A DNA stretch of 64,000 nt from Microthyrium microscopicum. Its lineage: Eukaryota. Location of the stretch: positions 1 to 64,000 of the forward strand of contig MU004241.1 in the NCBI GenBank assembly GCA_010405405.1. The letters are read 5' to 3'. The notes under the pieces were generated by a model that worked only from the letters and a program-made list of their open reading frames with translations, was not told the DNA's origin and searched no databases. The translations under genes were made by a program, and so were the position numbers. Shown here in pieces: positions 62,888 to 64,000 of this stretch (position 1 is its first letter; each line of letters starts with the position of its first letter).

Positions 62888-64000
62888 TCACCTCTTCCCC
62901 TTCTTCTTTGTTTTCGTTTTCCCAACAGGCGCTGCATGCCCAAGCTCATCGAGGTGGCTGAAGAGTTGTGTTCTAGAAGGAAAGCCTGCACTGCATTTTG
63001 CGCATACAAAAGGCATGTCTATTCCAGTACCTGACCCTGATGCCGCGCCTGTGTCTTTAGCAGCTGCTCGTTTTGCGCGCTTCTGGGCGGCTTTACCGAG
63101 CTTTGGGGCAGATGATGATGCTTCAGCAGGCGTGTCGAGAGTGGAAGGGGAATTGAATGTCGATTCGACTTTTGATCGTGGAGCATATTCATCGTTGGAA
63201 GTCTCCTCGTCCTCATCGACTTGTGTTGTCCCATCGCTGTGGTTTTTTTCACCTTCCCGGTCCTCGTCCTTTTCGTCCTCTTCGGAATCACTGATACTGT
63301 TATCTTCCATGTCGAGCTTTTGCATGTTTTCCGCCACGTCTTCTTCATGTTCATCTTCGATATTATCGTTTAAAGGATCATCATCAGTATCTTTTTCCAT
63401 GGCAGTCGCCTTGCCTGTTTCCGTGTCTTGTAAATCAAGTAAATCGTTTTCCTTTTCCATGCGTCTCTTTAGGGAAGACAACGCTTTCTGATGCTTTTTG
63501 CTTTTTTCATGGGCTTCCCACTGCTTTTCACTCTTGAACGTCTTGTTGCAAGCCACACACTCAAAATGTTCTACTTCGTCCTCTTCCTCTTCGCTTTCTT
63601 CTAGTTCATCTGCCTCCTTGGCTTTCGCCCAGTCCGGAATTGCGTCGCCCATCTCCTCGAGCTTTTTGGCTCGTTCTCGTCTGGACTTGGCTGCCTGAGC
63701 CTGTGCGGCTTCTCTCAATGCTTTTTGACGTTCCGCGTCCGTTTGAAAGTTGGGTTTATATCGAGGATCTCGTTTTCTCACGAATGCAACCAAGGTACGA
63801 ACAGCATCATTGAATTCTCTTATTGCGTCTTCCCGGGCTTTCGCATTCTCCTTCTCCATAGCTCGGCGGACGCGACGGTCAGGTGCCTCAGTAAGATTCC
63901 AGCGATCAACCCAGAAGTACGTTTTGGTGGTGGCAAAGCTATTCCAATGAGCATAGAAATCTTTAACCACACCATCGTAGGCATCCTGCTTATCGCCAAA
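62888..64000 (-). CDS. JJJ1: J-protein co-chaperone of the Jjj1/DNAJC21 type, 3' part (5' end outside window)
   Basis: FYAHW.SFAT.K, APDRRVRRAMEKEN, FNDAVRTLVAFVRKRDPRY, two C2H2 fingers (CVACNKTFKSEKQWEAHEKSKKH; CAKCSAGFPSRTQLFSHL...H). Confidence 0.88.
   Translation of the reverse strand, partial: FGDKQDAYDGVVKDFYAHWNSFATTKTYFWVDRWNLTEAPDRRVRRAMEKENAKAREDAIREFNDAVRTLVAFVRKRDPRYKPNFQTDAERQKALREAAQAQAAKSRRERAKKLEEMGDAIPDWAKAKEADELEESEEEEDEVEHFECVACNKTFKSEKQWEAHEKSKKHQKALSSLKRRMEKENDLLDLQDTETGKATAMEKDTDDDPLNDNIEDEHEEDVAENMQKLDMEDNSISDSEEDEKDEDREGEKNHSDGTTQVDEDEETSNDEYAPRSKVESTFNSPSTLDTPAEASSSAPKLGKAAQKRAKRAAAKDTGAASGSGTGIDMPFVCAKCSAGFPSRTQLFSHLDELGHAAPVGKTKTKKKGKR

Overview
Left end of a filamentous ascomycete chromosome. 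The window opens with a short (CCCTAA)n telomere, followed by about 7.2 kb of RIP-mutated, AT-rich tandem repeat (2.5 copies of a ~2.9-kb unit). Next come decayed ORFs (7.3-12.3 kb) and an island of orphan genes (12.6-20.5 kb) that includes a GIY-YIG-like nuclease candidate, an intron built of tandem hairpins and a shared inverted upstream element. A more ordinary gene region follows: GH72 glucanosyltransferase, HD-hydrolase pseudogene, intronless processive GT2 with one nonsense codon, F-box-like gene, two uncharacterised (probably secreted) proteins and a UstYa/DUF3328-like gene. The AT-rich block 34556-49858 is one 15.3-kb RIP-killed DNA transposon with ~100-bp TIRs, a perfect 6-bp TSD (GGCTCA), an IS3EU-like DDE transposase relic, cargo relics and a nested 4-kb Tc1/IS630 element. 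The subtelomeric array is built from the right arm of a relative of this transposon plus host flank. The right part holds a Gfo/Idh/MocA oxidoreductase, a small cysteine-rich secreted protein with a micro-exon, a LysM-CBM18-GH18-Hce2 killer-toxin-like chitinase, a divergent GPI-type protein and the 3' part of a JJJ1-like J-protein. All calls are from manual reading; no searches were run.
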